Of a stretch of DNA of 64,000 bases, positions 47,579 through 57,875 are shown piece after piece (within the stretch, counting starts at the first letter, position 1; every line of letters starts with the position of its first letter). This stretch comes from an uncultured Pseudomonadota bacterium (GTDB lineage Bacteria; Babelota; Babeliae; Babelales; RVW-14). The position numbers and the translations under genes are program-made. A model generated the notes under the pieces. The model was not told the DNA's origin, ran no database searches, and saw only the letters and a program-made list of their open reading frames with translations. The stretch covers positions 26,416-90,415 of the forward strand of contig CAZBMD010000002.1 in assembly GCA_964493325.1 (NCBI GenBank), in the 5' to 3' direction.

Positions 47579-47860
47579 ATGGCAAGATCTATTCACAAAG
47601 GACCTTATATTGCGCCTTCCTTGCTTGAAAAGATTGAAAAATCAAAAGCATCAGGCAAGCGAGAGCTTATTAAGACGTATAAGCGTTCGAGTATGATCAT
47701 TCCTGAGTTTGTGGGGCTTACAATAGCTGTTCATGATGGCCGAAAATTTGTTTCTGTTTATATTACAGAAAATATGGTTGGGCATGCATTGGGAGAATTT
47801 GCAGCTACACGTACTTTTAGACTTCATAGTGGTCAGCGTAAAGCAGAGAAAACAAAGTAG
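47579..47860 (+). CDS. rpsS: 30S ribosomal protein S19
   Basis: [37 protein letters not shown] is the S19 signature. Confidence 0.96.
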   Translation: MARSIHKGPYIAPSLLEKIEKSKASGKRELIKTYKRSSMIIPEFVGLTIAVHDGRKFVSVYITENMVGHALGEFAATRTFRLHSGQRKAEKTK

Positions 47861-47903
47861 TGTTTTGATATGCTAGAAATTTTGTTAGAATTAGGGAAAA
47901 GAT

Positions 47904-48251
47904 ATGTTGTCTTCAGCGAAAAGTAGATATATACGCATTTCTCCGTATAAGCTTCGCCCGTTTGCCGATGTAATTCGTGGATATTCTGTCGATAAGGCGC
48001 TTGCATGGTTAAAGACCTGTGGAATCAAGCGAGCTCGTCCTATCGCCAAGACTTTGCATTCTGCCTATGCAAATGCAAAAAACTTGCATCCCGATATTGA
48101 ATCAATGGACAAGGTTTTTATAAAAGAGATCCGCATTGATCAAGGTCCAATTATTAAGTATTTTAAGCCTGGTGCAATGGGACGAGCTTCTATGCAGCGA
48201 AAAAGGCTTAGCCATATTGAAATTACACTGGATCAAAGATTAAAAGCGTAA
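47904..48251 (+). CDS. rplV: 50S ribosomal protein L22
   Basis: RYIRISPYKLRPFADVIRG and MGRASMQRKRLSHIEI are L22-like, plus synteny. Confidence 0.93.
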   Translation: MLSSAKSRYIRISPYKLRPFADVIRGYSVDKALAWLKTCGIKRARPIAKTLHSAYANAKNLHPDIESMDKVFIKEIRIDQGPIIKYFKPGAMGRASMQRKRLSHIEITLDQRLKA

Positions 48252-48279
48252 AGCACATTAAAATAGGTTGAGGTGTCTT

Positions 48280-48900
48280 GTGGGACAAAAAGTACATCCT
48301 TTGGGATTTAGACTAGGTATTTATGAAGATTGGCATTGCCGGTGGTTTGCAAAAAAATCATACGGTGCCGAGCTTATGGAAGATTTTCAAATTAGAAAGT
48401 ATTTGAAAAATCGGCTTAATGATAATGATGTATCAAAAGTAGTCATTGAAAAAGCTGTTGGCAATGTTCGCATTACGGTCCATTCTTCGCGTCCAGGTAT
48501 GATCATCGGAAAAAAAGGACAGGGAATTGAACAGCTAAAGCAAGAATTACATGCTAAGCTCAAGAAAAACATCGACATTTCTGTACAAGAAGTGAAAACA
48601 ATTGAAACAAATGCTCATTTGGTTGCAAAAAGCATTGCTGAGCAATTGCAAAAGCGTGTAAGTTTCAAGCGTTTGATGAAAAAAGCTGGGTTTGCTGCAA
48701 TGAAAAGTGGAGCAAAAGGTATTAAGATCTGTTGTGCTGGTCGCCTTGGTGGTGCAGAAATTGCACGAACAGAATGGCTTCGTTTGGGTTCAGTTCCTTT
48801 GCACACCTTGCGAGCTAATATCGATTTTGCTTTGGCAGAAGCTTTAACGACATACGGCATTATCGGTGTAAAGGTATGGATCTGTAAGGGTGAGTACTAG
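48280..48900 (+). CDS. rpsC: 30S ribosomal protein S3
   Basis: GTG 48280 (GAGGTG SD) gives [14 protein letters not shown], the canonical S3 N-terminus. Contains a KH domain with [11 protein letters not shown]. Confidence 0.94.
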   Translation: MGQKVHPLGFRLGIYEDWHCRWFAKKSYGAELMEDFQIRKYLKNRLNDNDVSKVVIEKAVGNVRITVHSSRPGMIIGKKGQGIEQLKQELHAKLKKNIDISVQEVKTIETNAHLVAKSIAEQLQKRVSFKRLMKKAGFAAMKSGAKGIKICCAGRLGGAEIARTEWLRLGSVPLHTLRANIDFALAEALTTYGIIGVKVWICKGEY

Positions 48901-48924
48901 TCATCTGAGAATAAGGACAAAACA

Positions 48925-49374
48925 ATGTTAATGCCTAAAAAGACAAAATATAGAAAAGTACAAAGAGGCCGCATGACAGGTCGATCAAAAGGTGCAACTT
49001 CTGTTGCATTTGGAGATTATGGCCTTGTGGCTGTTGAGCCTTGTTGGCTTACTGCTAAGCAAATAGAAGCAGTTCGTGTTTCAATTAGCAGAAAACTTAA
49101 AAAAATTGGCGCTCTTTATTTGCGAGTTTTCCCAGATAAACCTGTTACCAAGAAACCTGCTGAAACTCGAATGGGTAAGGGAAAAGGTAATCCTGAATTT
49201 TGGGTTGCAGTAGTAAAGCGTGGTCGCGTTCTTCTCGAAATCGGTGGTGGAGTAAGTTTGGAAGATGCAAAAGAAATTTTGCATGCAGCAACTTACAAGC
49301 TTCCTATTAAGACGAAATTTGTGACTAAAGAAGTTGCTCCAAAAGTTGCAACACAAGAAGTAAGCGTAAATTAA
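48925..49374 (+). CDS. rplP: 50S ribosomal protein L16
   Basis: [15 protein letters not shown] and [24 protein letters not shown]-like block. Slightly extended C-terminus. Confidence 0.95.
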   Translation: MLMPKKTKYRKVQRGRMTGRSKGATSVAFGDYGLVAVEPCWLTAKQIEAVRVSISRKLKKIGALYLRVFPDKPVTKKPAETRMGKGKGNPEFWVAVVKRGRVLLEIGGGVSLEDAKEILHAATYKLPIKTKFVTKEVAPKVATQEVSVN

Positions 49375-49386
49375 AGCGGGTATGCT

Positions 49387-49581
49387 ATGGATATTTCAGA
49401 ATTAAAAAATTTAGACACTTCTGCTCTCAGGATTGAAGTAGAACTGCTAAAAAAAGATATATTTAATTTAAAATTGAGATTGCTTACTGGCGAGGTTAAA
49501 GATCTTTCTGAATTTAAAAAAATGAGAAAGAAAATAGCCCAAACCTTAACGATTCTCCGTCAAAAACAGCTTTCGCAGTAG
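49387..49581 (+). CDS. rpmC: 50S ribosomal protein L29
   Basis: 64-aa helical protein ([28 protein letters not shown]) in the L29 position. Confidence 0.9.
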   Translation: MDISELKNLDTSALRIEVELLKKDIFNLKLRLLTGEVKDLSEFKKMRKKIAQTLTILRQKQLSQ

Positions 49582-49606
49582 CCGAAGGCATAGAGGTATA
49601 GCTATA

Positions 49607-49885
49607 ATGGCAGAAAATTTAAAAGTAGTACCAGAAGTGAATGTTAAAAGTCGTGTACTTGTTGGCGAAGTTGTCTCCGATAAAATGGAAAAGACAATTG
49701 TCGTTAAAGTTGAAAGAACTTTTAAGCATCCACAGTACGGAAAAGTAATTCGACGATCAAAAAAATATAAAGTGCATGATGAAGAAAACGTGGCAAAAAT
49801 TGGTGATAAAGTTGAGATTGCCGAGTGTCGCCCGTTGTCTAAAACGAAGCATATGGCATTGAGTCGAGTTATTTCTCACTCATAA
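49607..49885 (+). CDS. rpsQ: 30S ribosomal protein S17
   Basis: [40 protein letters not shown] is the S17 signature. Confidence 0.95.
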   Translation: MAENLKVVPEVNVKSRVLVGEVVSDKMEKTIVVKVERTFKHPQYGKVIRRSKKYKVHDEENVAKIGDKVEIAECRPLSKTKHMALSRVISHS

Positions 49886-49906
49886 CATTCATATTAAGGA
49901 ATAGCG

Positions 49907-50275
49907 ATGGTTCAAGAACGAGCAATGCTAGAAGTTGCAGACAATTCAGGGGCAAAAAAATTACAAGTGATTCGGGTATGTGGAAGTACCGGAAAACGAT
50001 ATGCCTATTTGGGTGATATTGTAAAAGTTGCTGTTAAGAAGGCCATTCCAGGTGGAACGGTCAAAAAAAGTGATGTTCTGGACGCTGTCATTGTCAGAAC
50101 ACGCAAAGAATTTAGACGACCAGATGGAAGCTATATTAGATTTGACGATAACGCTGCAGTAATTATTAATAAAGATAGACAGCCAATTGGGTCTCGAATT
50201 TTTGGACCAATTGCGCGAGAATTGCGAGCAGCTGGTTATACAAAAATCATTTCACTAGCTCCTGAGGTATTGTAA
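49907..50275 (+). CDS. rplN: 50S ribosomal protein L14
   Basis: [17 protein letters not shown] and FGPIARELR motifs. 122 aa. Confidence 0.97.
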   Translation: MVQERAMLEVADNSGAKKLQVIRVCGSTGKRYAYLGDIVKVAVKKAIPGGTVKKSDVLDAVIVRTRKEFRRPDGSYIRFDDNAAVIINKDRQPIGSRIFGPIARELRAAGYTKIISLAPEVL

Positions 50276-50292
50276 GATTTGAAGAGGTTGAA

Positions 50293-50607
50293 ATGTTAAG
50301 TCGTGTAAAAAAGAATGACACAGTCTATGTTCTTGCTGGCAAAGATAAAGGTAAGCAAGGTCTGGTGATTGCTGTCGATCACAAAAGTGATCAAGTGCTA
50401 GTTAAAGATGTTGGTATTGTGACACGCCACATCAAAGCAAAAAGAACTGGCGAAAAAAGTAGAATAGTGAAAGAAGAAAGTTACATTCCTCTTTGTAAAG
50501 TTATGCCTATCTGCTCTTCATGTAAAAAGGCTTGCCGTGTCCAGGTAAAGTTTTTAGACAGTGGCGATAAAATGAGAATTTGTAATCGTTGTAAAGAAAC
50601 TTTTTAG
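50293..50607 (+). CDS. rplX: 50S ribosomal protein L24 (with C-terminal CxxC..CxxC zinc-ribbon-like insert)
   Basis: KKNDTVYVLAGKDKGKQGLVIAV KOW motif. C-terminal ICSSCKKACRVQVKFLDSGDKMRICNRCKE. Confidence 0.93.
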   Translation: MLSRVKKNDTVYVLAGKDKGKQGLVIAVDHKSDQVLVKDVGIVTRHIKAKRTGEKSRIVKEESYIPLCKVMPICSSCKKACRVQVKFLDSGDKMRICNRCKETF

Positions 50608-50628
50608 GGTAGTAGGTAAGGCTTTTAT

Positions 50629-51183
50629 ATGAAATCACAATTAGAAGATATTTACAAATCTCAGATACGTGCGGAGCTCAAACAAGAGCTTGGCTTGCAA
50701 AATATTATGCAGGTTCCGCGAATCATAAAAGTAGTTCTTAACGTAGGTGTAAAAGATGCTGTTTCTGACAGCAAAACCTTGGTTCAAGTAAAAGAAATTT
50801 TAGATCAAATTTCTTGTCAATCATCAGTAAGAACATTGGCAAAAAAATCGATTGCAAGTTTTAAATTACGACAAGGTATGCCAATTGGGGTCATGGTTAC
50901 TTTGCGAGGAGCAAAGATGTACCACTTTTTGGATAAGCTGATTAACATTGTTCTTCCCGCTGTTAGAGATTTTCAAGGCGTTGGAACAAAGTTAGATGGA
51001 AACGGATCTTATAATTTGGGCATTAAGGACTGGATGGTTTTTCCAGAAGTCGATTACGACAAAGTTGGAAAAAGCCGTGGTATTAATATTACGATTCAGA
51101 CTTCATCATCTTCTGACGAGCATGCATTCGCTCTCTTGAAGAAAATGAGAATGCCATTTCAAACAGCCGCTAAGGCAAGATAG
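50629..51183 (+). CDS. rplE: 50S ribosomal protein L5
   Basis: NIMQVPRIIKVVLNVGV and SYNLGIKDWMVFPEVDYDKV are L5 blocks, plus synteny. Confidence 0.95.
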   Translation: MKSQLEDIYKSQIRAELKQELGLQNIMQVPRIIKVVLNVGVKDAVSDSKTLVQVKEILDQISCQSSVRTLAKKSIASFKLRQGMPIGVMVTLRGAKMYHFLDKLINIVLPAVRDFQGVGTKLDGNGSYNLGIKDWMVFPEVDYDKVGKSRGINITIQTSSSSDEHAFALLKKMRMPFQTAAKAR

Positions 51184-51190
51184 GTGACCT

Positions 51191-51376
51191 ATGGCAAGAA
51201 AAGCAATGATTGAGAAGGCTAATAAAACTCCTAAATTCTCAACAAGACAGAGAAATCGCTGCAAATTATGCGGGCGTCCACGTGGTTATATGCGAATTTT
51301 TTCCATGTGTAGATTATGTTTTAGAAAGTATGCATTAGAAGGTTTGTTACCAGGCGTCAAAAAGACAAGCTGGTAA
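51191..51376 (+). CDS. rpsN: 30S ribosomal protein S14, short zinc-binding (type Z) form
   Basis: 61 aa with [22 protein letters not shown] (CxxC..CxxC), ending in ..GVKKTSW. Confidence 0.95.
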   Translation: MARKAMIEKANKTPKFSTRQRNRCKLCGRPRGYMRIFSMCRLCFRKYALEGLLPGVKKTSW

Positions 51377-51393
51377 TCAGTGGAGAATATACG

Positions 51394-51786
51394 ATGTCAA
51401 TAGATTCTATCGGAGATTTTTTAACGATTATTCGCAACGGCCTGATGATTGGAAAGCGTTCTGTAACGGCACCATCATCTGGTTTGAAAGTAAGTATTGC
51501 GAATGTGTTAAAAGCAGAAGGCTATATTAAAGAATTTGAGCAAATAGAAGAAGACGGCAAGCTCTTTCTTACAGTTCATTTGAAGTATGTGAATGGCGAA
51601 CCTGCAATTCACGAGATTACTCGTATTAGTAAGCCGTCACGTCGTCATTATGAACGTAGTGACAAATTAAAGAGTGTTATTGGTGGCTTGGGTATCTCAA
51701 TTATTACCACAAGCTCTGGAGTCATGACTGATCAGAAGGCTCGTAAGCTTTCGGTTGGTGGTGAAGTTCTTTGTCACGTCTGGTAG
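51394..51786 (+). CDS. rpsH: 30S ribosomal protein S8
   Basis: DSIGDFLTIIRNG and GGEVLCHVW are S8 termini. 130 aa. Confidence 0.95.
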   Translation: MSIDSIGDFLTIIRNGLMIGKRSVTAPSSGLKVSIANVLKAEGYIKEFEQIEEDGKLFLTVHLKYVNGEPAIHEITRISKPSRRHYERSDKLKSVIGGLGISIITTSSGVMTDQKARKLSVGGEVLCHVW

Positions 51787-51795
51787 GAGCGGTAC

Positions 51796-52335
51796 ATGTC
51801 AAAAATAGGAAGAAAACCAATTGCGTTTTCGGCTGCTAAGATTGAAATCACTGGAAATGATGTGGCAATATCTGGGCCAAAAGCTCAATTCGTTCATACT
51901 CTGCCAGAGGGATTGATGGCAGAAATCGATGAGAAAAATTTAAAAATTTCGATGCGCGAACCTTCTCGAAATGCAAGAATGTTGTGGGGACTCCATCGAG
52001 CATTACTTGCTAACAAGGTAAAGGGTGCTGAAACTGGGTTTGAACAAAAGATGACTATTGTTGGCTTGGGTTACAAAGCTCTGCTTACAGGTAGTAAAGT
52101 TGTTTTCTCTTTGGGATATACACATAAAATTGAGTATGACCTTCCTAAAGAGGTAACGCTTGAAGTAGATAAGTCTGGTCAAATTCTTATATTTCGATCA
52201 TCAGACCGCTTTATTTTAGGCAACGTATGCGACGCTGTCAGATCGTTTAGACCACCAGAACCTTACAAAGGTACCGGTATTATTCGAGATGGTGAAGTAG
52301 TTTTGCGTAAAGCTGGAAAAACAAAATCCTCATAA
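51796..52335 (+). CDS. rplF: 50S ribosomal protein L6
   Basis: MSKIGRKPI.. and PEPYKGTGIIRDGEVVLRKAGK are the L6 signature. Confidence 0.95.
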   Translation: MSKIGRKPIAFSAAKIEITGNDVAISGPKAQFVHTLPEGLMAEIDEKNLKISMREPSRNARMLWGLHRALLANKVKGAETGFEQKMTIVGLGYKALLTGSKVVFSLGYTHKIEYDLPKEVTLEVDKSGQILIFRSSDRFILGNVCDAVRSFRPPEPYKGTGIIRDGEVVLRKAGKTKSS

Positions 52336-52369
52336 GCTGAGAAATGATAACTGATGAAAGGATTTCAGT

Positions 52370-52726
52370 ATGAGTTTGCAAAAAAAAATTAAATTAAGAG
52401 CTCAGCGTCGTACGTTTAGAGTTCGTAATAAATTTGTTAGTAAAGGTTTAAAGCCGCGTATATCTGTTTTTAGAAGCTTGCAGCACATTTATGCTCAAAT
52501 TATTGATGATGCTAGCCAGATTACCTTACTCAGTTTTTCTTCAAAGAACTTTACAGAAAAAGTTGGAGATAAAAAAGAAGTGGCAAAGCGAGTTGGCGTT
52601 GAGCTAGGAAAAATGGCTGCAGCCAAAGAGATTACCGATGTATTTTTTGATCGAGGATCATATTTGTACCATGGTCGGGTCAAAGCGCTTGCCGACGGGC
52701 TGCGTGAAGGCGGATTAAAGTTTTAA
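52370..52726 (+). CDS. rplR: 50S ribosomal protein L18
   Basis: PRISVFRSLQHIYAQIIDD and FDRGSYLYHGRVKALADGLREGGLKF are the L18 signature. Confidence 0.95.
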   Translation: MSLQKKIKLRAQRRTFRVRNKFVSKGLKPRISVFRSLQHIYAQIIDDASQITLLSFSSKNFTEKVGDKKEVAKRVGVELGKMAAAKEITDVFFDRGSYLYHGRVKALADGLREGGLKF

Positions 52727-52738
52727 TTATACTGGAAA

Positions 52739-53293
52739 ATGGTTATGGCAGAAGAAAGAAACAAAAGATCACAAATGCAAGGTAAAGGCGCCCCAGTTGA
52801 AGAATTTGCAGAAGCAGTTCTTAACGTGCGTCGTGTAGCAAAAGTGATCAAGGGTGGTAGAAGATTTGCATTTTCAGCACTTGTTGTCGTTGGGGATAAA
52901 AAGGGAAATATTGGCGTCGCTCTAGGAAAAAGCCGCGAAGTTGCATCCGCAATTTCAAAGGCTCTTAAAAGAGCGAAGAAAAATATGTTCGCAGTTCCTC
53001 TTTATAAGACAACTATTCCGTTTACCGTTATGGGAAAACATGGAGCAAGTGAAGTATTGATTCGTTCTGCATCCAAGGGAACAGGATTGATCGCTGGAGG
53101 AGCTGTTCGCTCAGTAATGGAATCTTTGGGTGTGCGTGACGTTCTTGCAAAATCTATTGGAGCCTCGAATCCACAGAACGTTGTGAAAGCAACGATCAAT
53201 GCACTTATGAAGTTGAAAGCAGCTAAAGATGTTGCAGCTATCCGTGGTAAAACATTAAAAGATTTGTTTGAGGTTAAGAATGTTGCAGCTTAA
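52739..53293 (+). CDS. rpsE: 30S ribosomal protein S5
   Basis: NVRRVAKVIKGGRRFAFSALVVVGDKKGNIGVALGKSREV is the S5 signature. Confidence 0.95.
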   Translation: MVMAEERNKRSQMQGKGAPVEEFAEAVLNVRRVAKVIKGGRRFAFSALVVVGDKKGNIGVALGKSREVASAISKALKRAKKNMFAVPLYKTTIPFTVMGKHGASEVLIRSASKGTGLIAGGAVRSVMESLGVRDVLAKSIGASNPQNVVKATINALMKLKAAKDVAAIRGKTLKDLFEVKNVAA

Positions 53294-53750
53294 TTCGTTA
53301 CATGCGATTACCAAAAAACGCAAAAGAGTTGGTCGAGGTGGGCACAAAGGTGGCCACTCCGGACGAGGCAAAGACGGACAAAAGTGTCGATCTGGAGCTG
53401 GTGGAGAATTAAAAGCATTCTTCGAAGGTGGACAGATGCCTTTGTCTCGAAGAATTCCTCGAAGAGGGTTTAATAACCCATTGAAAAAGGAGTTTAAAAT
53501 TATCAGCTTAAGTGACCTTGACGTTAAATTTATGGCCGATGAAACGGTAAGTCGCGAGACTTTATCTACAAAAGGCTTGATAAAAGGCAACGGCAAGTTT
53601 TTGATCAAAGTTCTTGGTAATGGTACTTTGACAAAAAATTTAAAGGTCGTGGTGGATTCGTGTAGCAAGTCTGCATCTGAAGCCATCCAAAAGGCTGGTG
53701 GCTCGGTGCAGTTGATAGGGGAGATGAGCAGTGGTGGTCTTGCTTCATAA
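53280..53750 (+). CDS. rplO: 50S ribosomal protein L15
   Basis: ATG 53280 gives MLQLNSLHAITKKRKRVGRGGHKGGHSGRG. It directly follows and overlaps rpsE, so there is no rpmD between them. Confidence 0.92.
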   Translation: MLQLNSLHAITKKRKRVGRGGHKGGHSGRGKDGQKCRSGAGGELKAFFEGGQMPLSRRIPRRGFNNPLKKEFKIISLSDLDVKFMADETVSRETLSTKGLIKGNGKFLIKVLGNGTLTKNLKVVVDSCSKSASEAIQKAGGSVQLIGEMSSGGLAS

Positions 53751-55050
53751 TTTAAAGAATATTTTTCTTGTATCTGATTTGCGAAAAAAATTAGCGTTTA
53801 CGTTGGGCATTATAGCGGTATACCGTTTCGGTGCCCACGTACCGATTCCTGGGATTGATGGTCAGGCGCTAAGTAATTTGTTTAAGTCTGGTATGGGCGG
53901 TGGTTTGTTATCTTATTTAGATCTTTTTTCGGGCGGTGCACTGCAAAAATTTGCAATTTTTGCATTGGGAATGTCTCCGTACATTAGTGCTTCAATTATG
54001 ATGCAACTTTTGACGATAATGCTTCCTTCACTTGAAGCATTATCAAAAGAAGGTGGATATGGTCGACAAATCATTGGGCAGTATACACGTTATTTGGCTT
54101 TAGGTATTGGTGTTGTTCAAGCGTATACGGCTGCATCAATTATTGAGAGACAGCCAGGAATTGTACTCAATCCTGGATGGGGATTTAAGTTAACTGCCAT
54201 TCTTATTTTGAGTGTTGGTGCTTTATTTACCATGTGGCTTGGAGAGCAAATTAATACAAGAGGTCTTGGTAATGGAAGCTCTGTTTTGATTTTTGCTGGT
54301 ATTGTAGCTTCTTTTCCAAATGCATTATTTACTTTGCTGGAAAATTTACGTTTAGGACAAATAGATCTAATCCTTGTTCTACTATTGCTGGCAATAGTAT
54401 TAGCAGTAATTAGTTGTGTTGTGTTTCTTGAACGTGGTGAGCGAAAAATTCCTGTACAGTATGCTAAGCGGGTTGTTGGTCAGAAAGTATATGGAGGGCA
54501 AAGCTCTTATATACCTTTGAAGATTAATCCCTCAGGAGTTGTTCCGGTTATTTTTTCGAGCGCTATTATGGGCTTACCTTTGACAATTGCTGGAATTTTG
54601 GCTGTTAGATGGCCAGAGATAAATCGTTTTATAACAGAATGGTTTTATCAAGAAAAACTATTGTATAACGTAGTGAACGCTGGTTTAATTATATTCTTTG
54701 CATTTTTTTATACTGCAATTATTTTTAATCCGGTTGAGCTTGCTGATAATATTAGGAAATCTGGAGGATTTATTCCTGGAATTCGTCCCGGGAAAAAAAC
54801 AGCAGAATTTTTTGATTATCTTTTAACACGTGTTGGATTTCCAGGTGCGGTCTATTTAGCTTCGCTTGCAATTTTTCCAAGTGTTATCAAAAATATTTTT
54901 TCGTTTCCGGTAATGTTTAGTGGCGTTAGCTTGTTGATCGTTGTTGGAGTAGCTCTTGATATGTCGGCTCAAATAGAGTCTCATTTGATAGAGCGAGGCT
55001 ATGAGAAGTTTTTGGCATCTGGCAGATTAAAGGGGCGTTACAGCCGCTAA
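53731..55050 (+). CDS. secY: Preprotein translocase subunit SecY
   Basis: ~439 aa polytopic membrane protein. LRKKLAFTLGIIAVYRFGAHVPIPGID is the canonical SecY N-terminus. GTG start overlaps rplO. Confidence 0.95.
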   Translation: MVVLLHNLKNIFLVSDLRKKLAFTLGIIAVYRFGAHVPIPGIDGQALSNLFKSGMGGGLLSYLDLFSGGALQKFAIFALGMSPYISASIMMQLLTIMLPSLEALSKEGGYGRQIIGQYTRYLALGIGVVQAYTAASIIERQPGIVLNPGWGFKLTAILILSVGALFTMWLGEQINTRGLGNGSSVLIFAGIVASFPNALFTLLENLRLGQIDLILVLLLLAIVLAVISCVVFLERGERKIPVQYAKRVVGQKVYGGQSSYIPLKINPSGVVPVIFSSAIMGLPLTIAGILAVRWPEINRFITEWFYQEKLLYNVVNAGLIIFFAFFYTAIIFNPVELADNIRKSGGFIPGIRPGKKTAEFFDYLLTRVGFPGAVYLASLAIFPSVIKNIFSFPVMFSGVSLLIVVGVALDMSAQIESHLIERGYEKFLASGRLKGRYSR

Positions 55051-55090
55051 TTGCAGATAAATTAGATTACAATAGTGATTTGTGCACGTT

Positions 55091-55759
55091 ATGAAAAGCA
55101 TACTTAGAAATACAGTATTTTCTTTTTTTGGACCTCCGGGGTCAGGAAAGGGCACGCTGGCTGAAAAATTGATTGAAAAATATGAATTCCGAGTTTTATC
55201 AACCGGTAATTTATGTAGAAAACACATTGCTCTTGGAACAGAATTTGGAAAAATGCTCAATGAGTATTTGAAAAATGGACAGCTTATTCCTGATGATCTT
55301 GTTACCAAAATGGTTATCGAATGGATTCAGGATGAAGGTCAGTCTGGGCATCCTCTTATTTTAGATGGATTTCCTAGAACGCAAGGACAAGCTGAACGAT
55401 TTTTGGAGTTCTTACAATCTGATAAGCACAATAAGTTGTTTCGGATAGTTCTTATCGAGCTTTCCGTTGATGAAATTGTGAAGCGATTAAGCTTACGGTT
55501 GGTATGTGAAAACAGGAATTGCCAAAAAGTTTTTCAAATGCTTCCCGGAGTAGAGAAGGTATGCGATGCGTGTGGCGGGCTTCTCGTCAAAAGAGATGAT
55601 GATCGAGAAGAAGTTGTAAGAGAACGCTTAAAACTTTACCCTTCATATAGAGATGCTCTTTTAAATTTTTATAGATCAGTTGGTCAAAATATTGAGATTC
55701 TTGATGGAGAAGGATTAACTCCGGATCAGGTTTTTGAACAATTTCAATTGATGCTTTAG
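55091..55759 (+). CDS. adk: Adenylate kinase (Cys-containing lid)
   Basis: P-loop GPPGSGKGT, LILDGFPRT, and lid CENRNC..CDACGG. ATG 55091 preferred over GTG 55082. Confidence 0.93.
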   Translation: MKSILRNTVFSFFGPPGSGKGTLAEKLIEKYEFRVLSTGNLCRKHIALGTEFGKMLNEYLKNGQLIPDDLVTKMVIEWIQDEGQSGHPLILDGFPRTQGQAERFLEFLQSDKHNKLFRIVLIELSVDEIVKRLSLRLVCENRNCQKVFQMLPGVEKVCDACGGLLVKRDDDREEVVRERLKLYPSYRDALLNFYRSVGQNIEILDGEGLTPDQVFEQFQLML

Positions 55760-55782
55760 ATGATGTGGGATATGCAGTGAGT

Positions 55783-56532
55783 ATGATTACCATAAAAAAT
55801 AAAGTTGCGATTGAAAAAATGAGAGAGGCTGGCAGACTTCTTGCAATAGTTATGCAAGAAGTGGCCACCAGCGTGATTGAAGGCAAAAGCACCTGGGATC
55901 TTGATTTTCTCATTGAGAAAAAAATGCGACAAATAGGATTAAATCCTGAATGTAAAGGATATGCTGGCTATCAGCATGCATCCTGCATTTCAGTCAATGA
56001 TGTAGTTGTTCATGGAGTTCCATCGAAAGAAATTATTTTAAAATCTGGAGATTTTGTTAAAATAGACATTGTAGGCTCATATAAAAATTATTGTGCTGAT
56101 ATGGCAAGATTTTTTTTTATTGGGGATGTCTCTCCAGATGTTAGAAGATTAGCTGCAATTGCACAGCAAGCTCTCGATGCTGGAATAGGTTGCGCTGTTC
56201 CAGGCAGAAGACTCTCTGATATTTCGGCTGCTATTCAAAAAGTAGTAGAAGATGCTGGATTTGGTGTTGTTCGAACCTTTTTTGGGCACGGAATAGGACG
56301 AAATATGCATGAAGCTCCGGATGTACCAAATTATGGAAAGCCAGGTACTGGTCCGGTTCTTCAAAGTGGAATGACACTTGCCATTGAACCGATGATTACG
56401 CAGTATGGTTATGCTGTCAAAATTATGAGCGATGGTTGGACAGCAAAGACGGTCGATGGCGGCATGGCCGCTCACGTTGAGGATACTGTGTTGGTATCCG
56501 AGGCTGGTGCAGAGATTCTGACGAGAATTTGA
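55783..56532 (+). CDS. map: Type I methionine aminopeptidase
   Basis: ATG 55783 gives MITIKNKVAIEKMREAG. Metal-ligand blocks VKIDIV..YCADMARF, GHGIGRNMHE and LAIEP. Confidence 0.93.
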   Translation: MITIKNKVAIEKMREAGRLLAIVMQEVATSVIEGKSTWDLDFLIEKKMRQIGLNPECKGYAGYQHASCISVNDVVVHGVPSKEIILKSGDFVKIDIVGSYKNYCADMARFFFIGDVSPDVRRLAAIAQQALDAGIGCAVPGRRLSDISAAIQKVVEDAGFGVVRTFFGHGIGRNMHEAPDVPNYGKPGTGPVLQSGMTLAIEPMITQYGYAVKIMSDGWTAKTVDGGMAAHVEDTVLVSEAGAEILTRI

Positions 56533-56553
56533 AAGACTGAGGAAAAAGTTGCT

Positions 56554-56781
56554 ATGAAAAAAAAAGGCGATATTATTGTCATGGACGGAATCGTCGAAAA
56601 GGCCTTACCTAACGCCATGTTTCAGGTGAAAATGATAGAGGGTGGACATTTGATCCTTGCCCATGTATCGGGAAAAATGCGTATGCATTACATCAAGCTA
56701 CTGCCTGGTGATAAGGTGACCGTCGAACTTTCTCCATATGATTTGAGTAAAGGTAGAATTATATCGCGGCACAAAGTTTAA
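56554..56781 (+). CDS. infA: Translation initiation factor IF-1
   Basis: 75 aa S1-like fold. [49 protein letters not shown]. Confidence 0.96.
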   Translation: MKKKGDIIVMDGIVEKALPNAMFQVKMIEGGHLILAHVSGKMRMHYIKLLPGDKVTVELSPYDLSKGRIISRHKV

Positions 56782-56830
56782 AATGATAGTGGTAACACAA
56801 TTGTATTTTTAGCATAGTTGAGAAGATATC

Positions 56831-56947
56831 ATGAAAGTAAGAACATCGGTAAAAAAAATTTGCAGTGACTGTAAGGTCATAAAGCGTTCTGGCGTTGTGC
56901 GTATTATTTGTAATAAGAGCAAAAAGCACAAACAACGACAAGGTTAA
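56831..56947 (+). CDS. rpmJ: 50S ribosomal protein L36 (zinc-binding form); below the ORF-track size cutoff
   Basis: Hand translation gives [38 protein letters not shown] (38 aa). Located between infA and rpsM as in other bacteria. Confidence 0.95.
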   Translation: MKVRTSVKKICSDCKVIKRSGVVRIICNKSKKHKQRQG

Positions 56948-57022
56948 TTGTTATAGAGGAACATAAGGAATGCCAACAAGACAAAATAATTGTTTGCAAT
57001 ATATCTTAGAGAGGTTTTTTTA

Positions 57023-57412
57023 ATGGCTCGTATAGAAGGTGTTCATCTACCAAATGATAAGCGTGTTGAAATAGGTCTTACCTATTTGTTTGGTATTGGG
57101 CTTACAAGATCTCAAGAGATTCTTGCTCAAATAAAAGTTAATCCAGACACGCGTATAAAAAATTTAACTCACGAAGAAGTAGCAGCAATCCAAAAGTTTA
57201 TTACACAAAACTATAAGGTTGAGGGTGAGCTTCGTAAAGAAATCACTTTGAATATCAAGCGATTGCAAGAAATTGGCTCATACCGTGGTTTGAGACACAA
57301 GAAATCTTTGCCTGTTCGTGGACAGCGAACAAAAACAAACGCTCGTACGCGTAAGGGACCTCGTAAATCGGGCAGCGTTGTTCCAAACAAGAAGCAGGTA
57401 TCAAAGAAGTAA
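57023..57412 (+). CDS. rpsM: 30S ribosomal protein S13
   Basis: ATG 57023 (AGAGAGG SD) gives [26 protein letters not shown], the canonical S13 N-terminus. Confidence 0.95.
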   Translation: MARIEGVHLPNDKRVEIGLTYLFGIGLTRSQEILAQIKVNPDTRIKNLTHEEVAAIQKFITQNYKVEGELRKEITLNIKRLQEIGSYRGLRHKKSLPVRGQRTKTNARTRKGPRKSGSVVPNKKQVSKK

Positions 57413-57434
57413 TCGTTAGTGCTCAAGGATAAAG

Positions 57435-57818
57435 ATGGCATATAAGAAAAGTAAAAAAAAGCAATTAAAAAACGTTGAATCGGTTATTGCTCACGTAAAA
57501 TCATCGTTTAACAATACACTTGTATCTGTTACAACTATGGATGGGGATGTTATTGCTCGAGGAAGTGCTGGTCAGCACGGCTTTAAAGGAGCTCGCAAAG
57601 GAACTCCTTTTGCTGCGACACAAATAGCAACTCGCCTTGCAAAAGAATTGGGCGGCTTTGGTGTAAGACTTGTTGAAGTCAATATGCAGGGGCCTGGCTC
57701 TGGACGTGATGCTGTTGTTCGAGCATTGCAGTCATCAGGACTCAACGTTACGGTTTTACGAGACGTAACACCACTTCCTCACAACGGATGTCGAGCTCCT
57801 AAAAAACGAAGAGTGTAG
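57435..57818 (+). CDS. rpsK: 30S ribosomal protein S11
   Basis: AHVKSSFNNTLVSVT..G and DVTPLPHNGCRAPKKRRV are the S11 signature. Confidence 0.96.
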   Translation: MAYKKSKKKQLKNVESVIAHVKSSFNNTLVSVTTMDGDVIARGSAGQHGFKGARKGTPFAATQIATRLAKELGGFGVRLVEVNMQGPGSGRDAVVRALQSSGLNVTVLRDVTPLPHNGCRAPKKRRV

Positions 57819-57875
57819 ATACCGATTTAATGTGCAAAGATTCTGAATAAGTTAGAAAGATTATTAAAGGGATAT

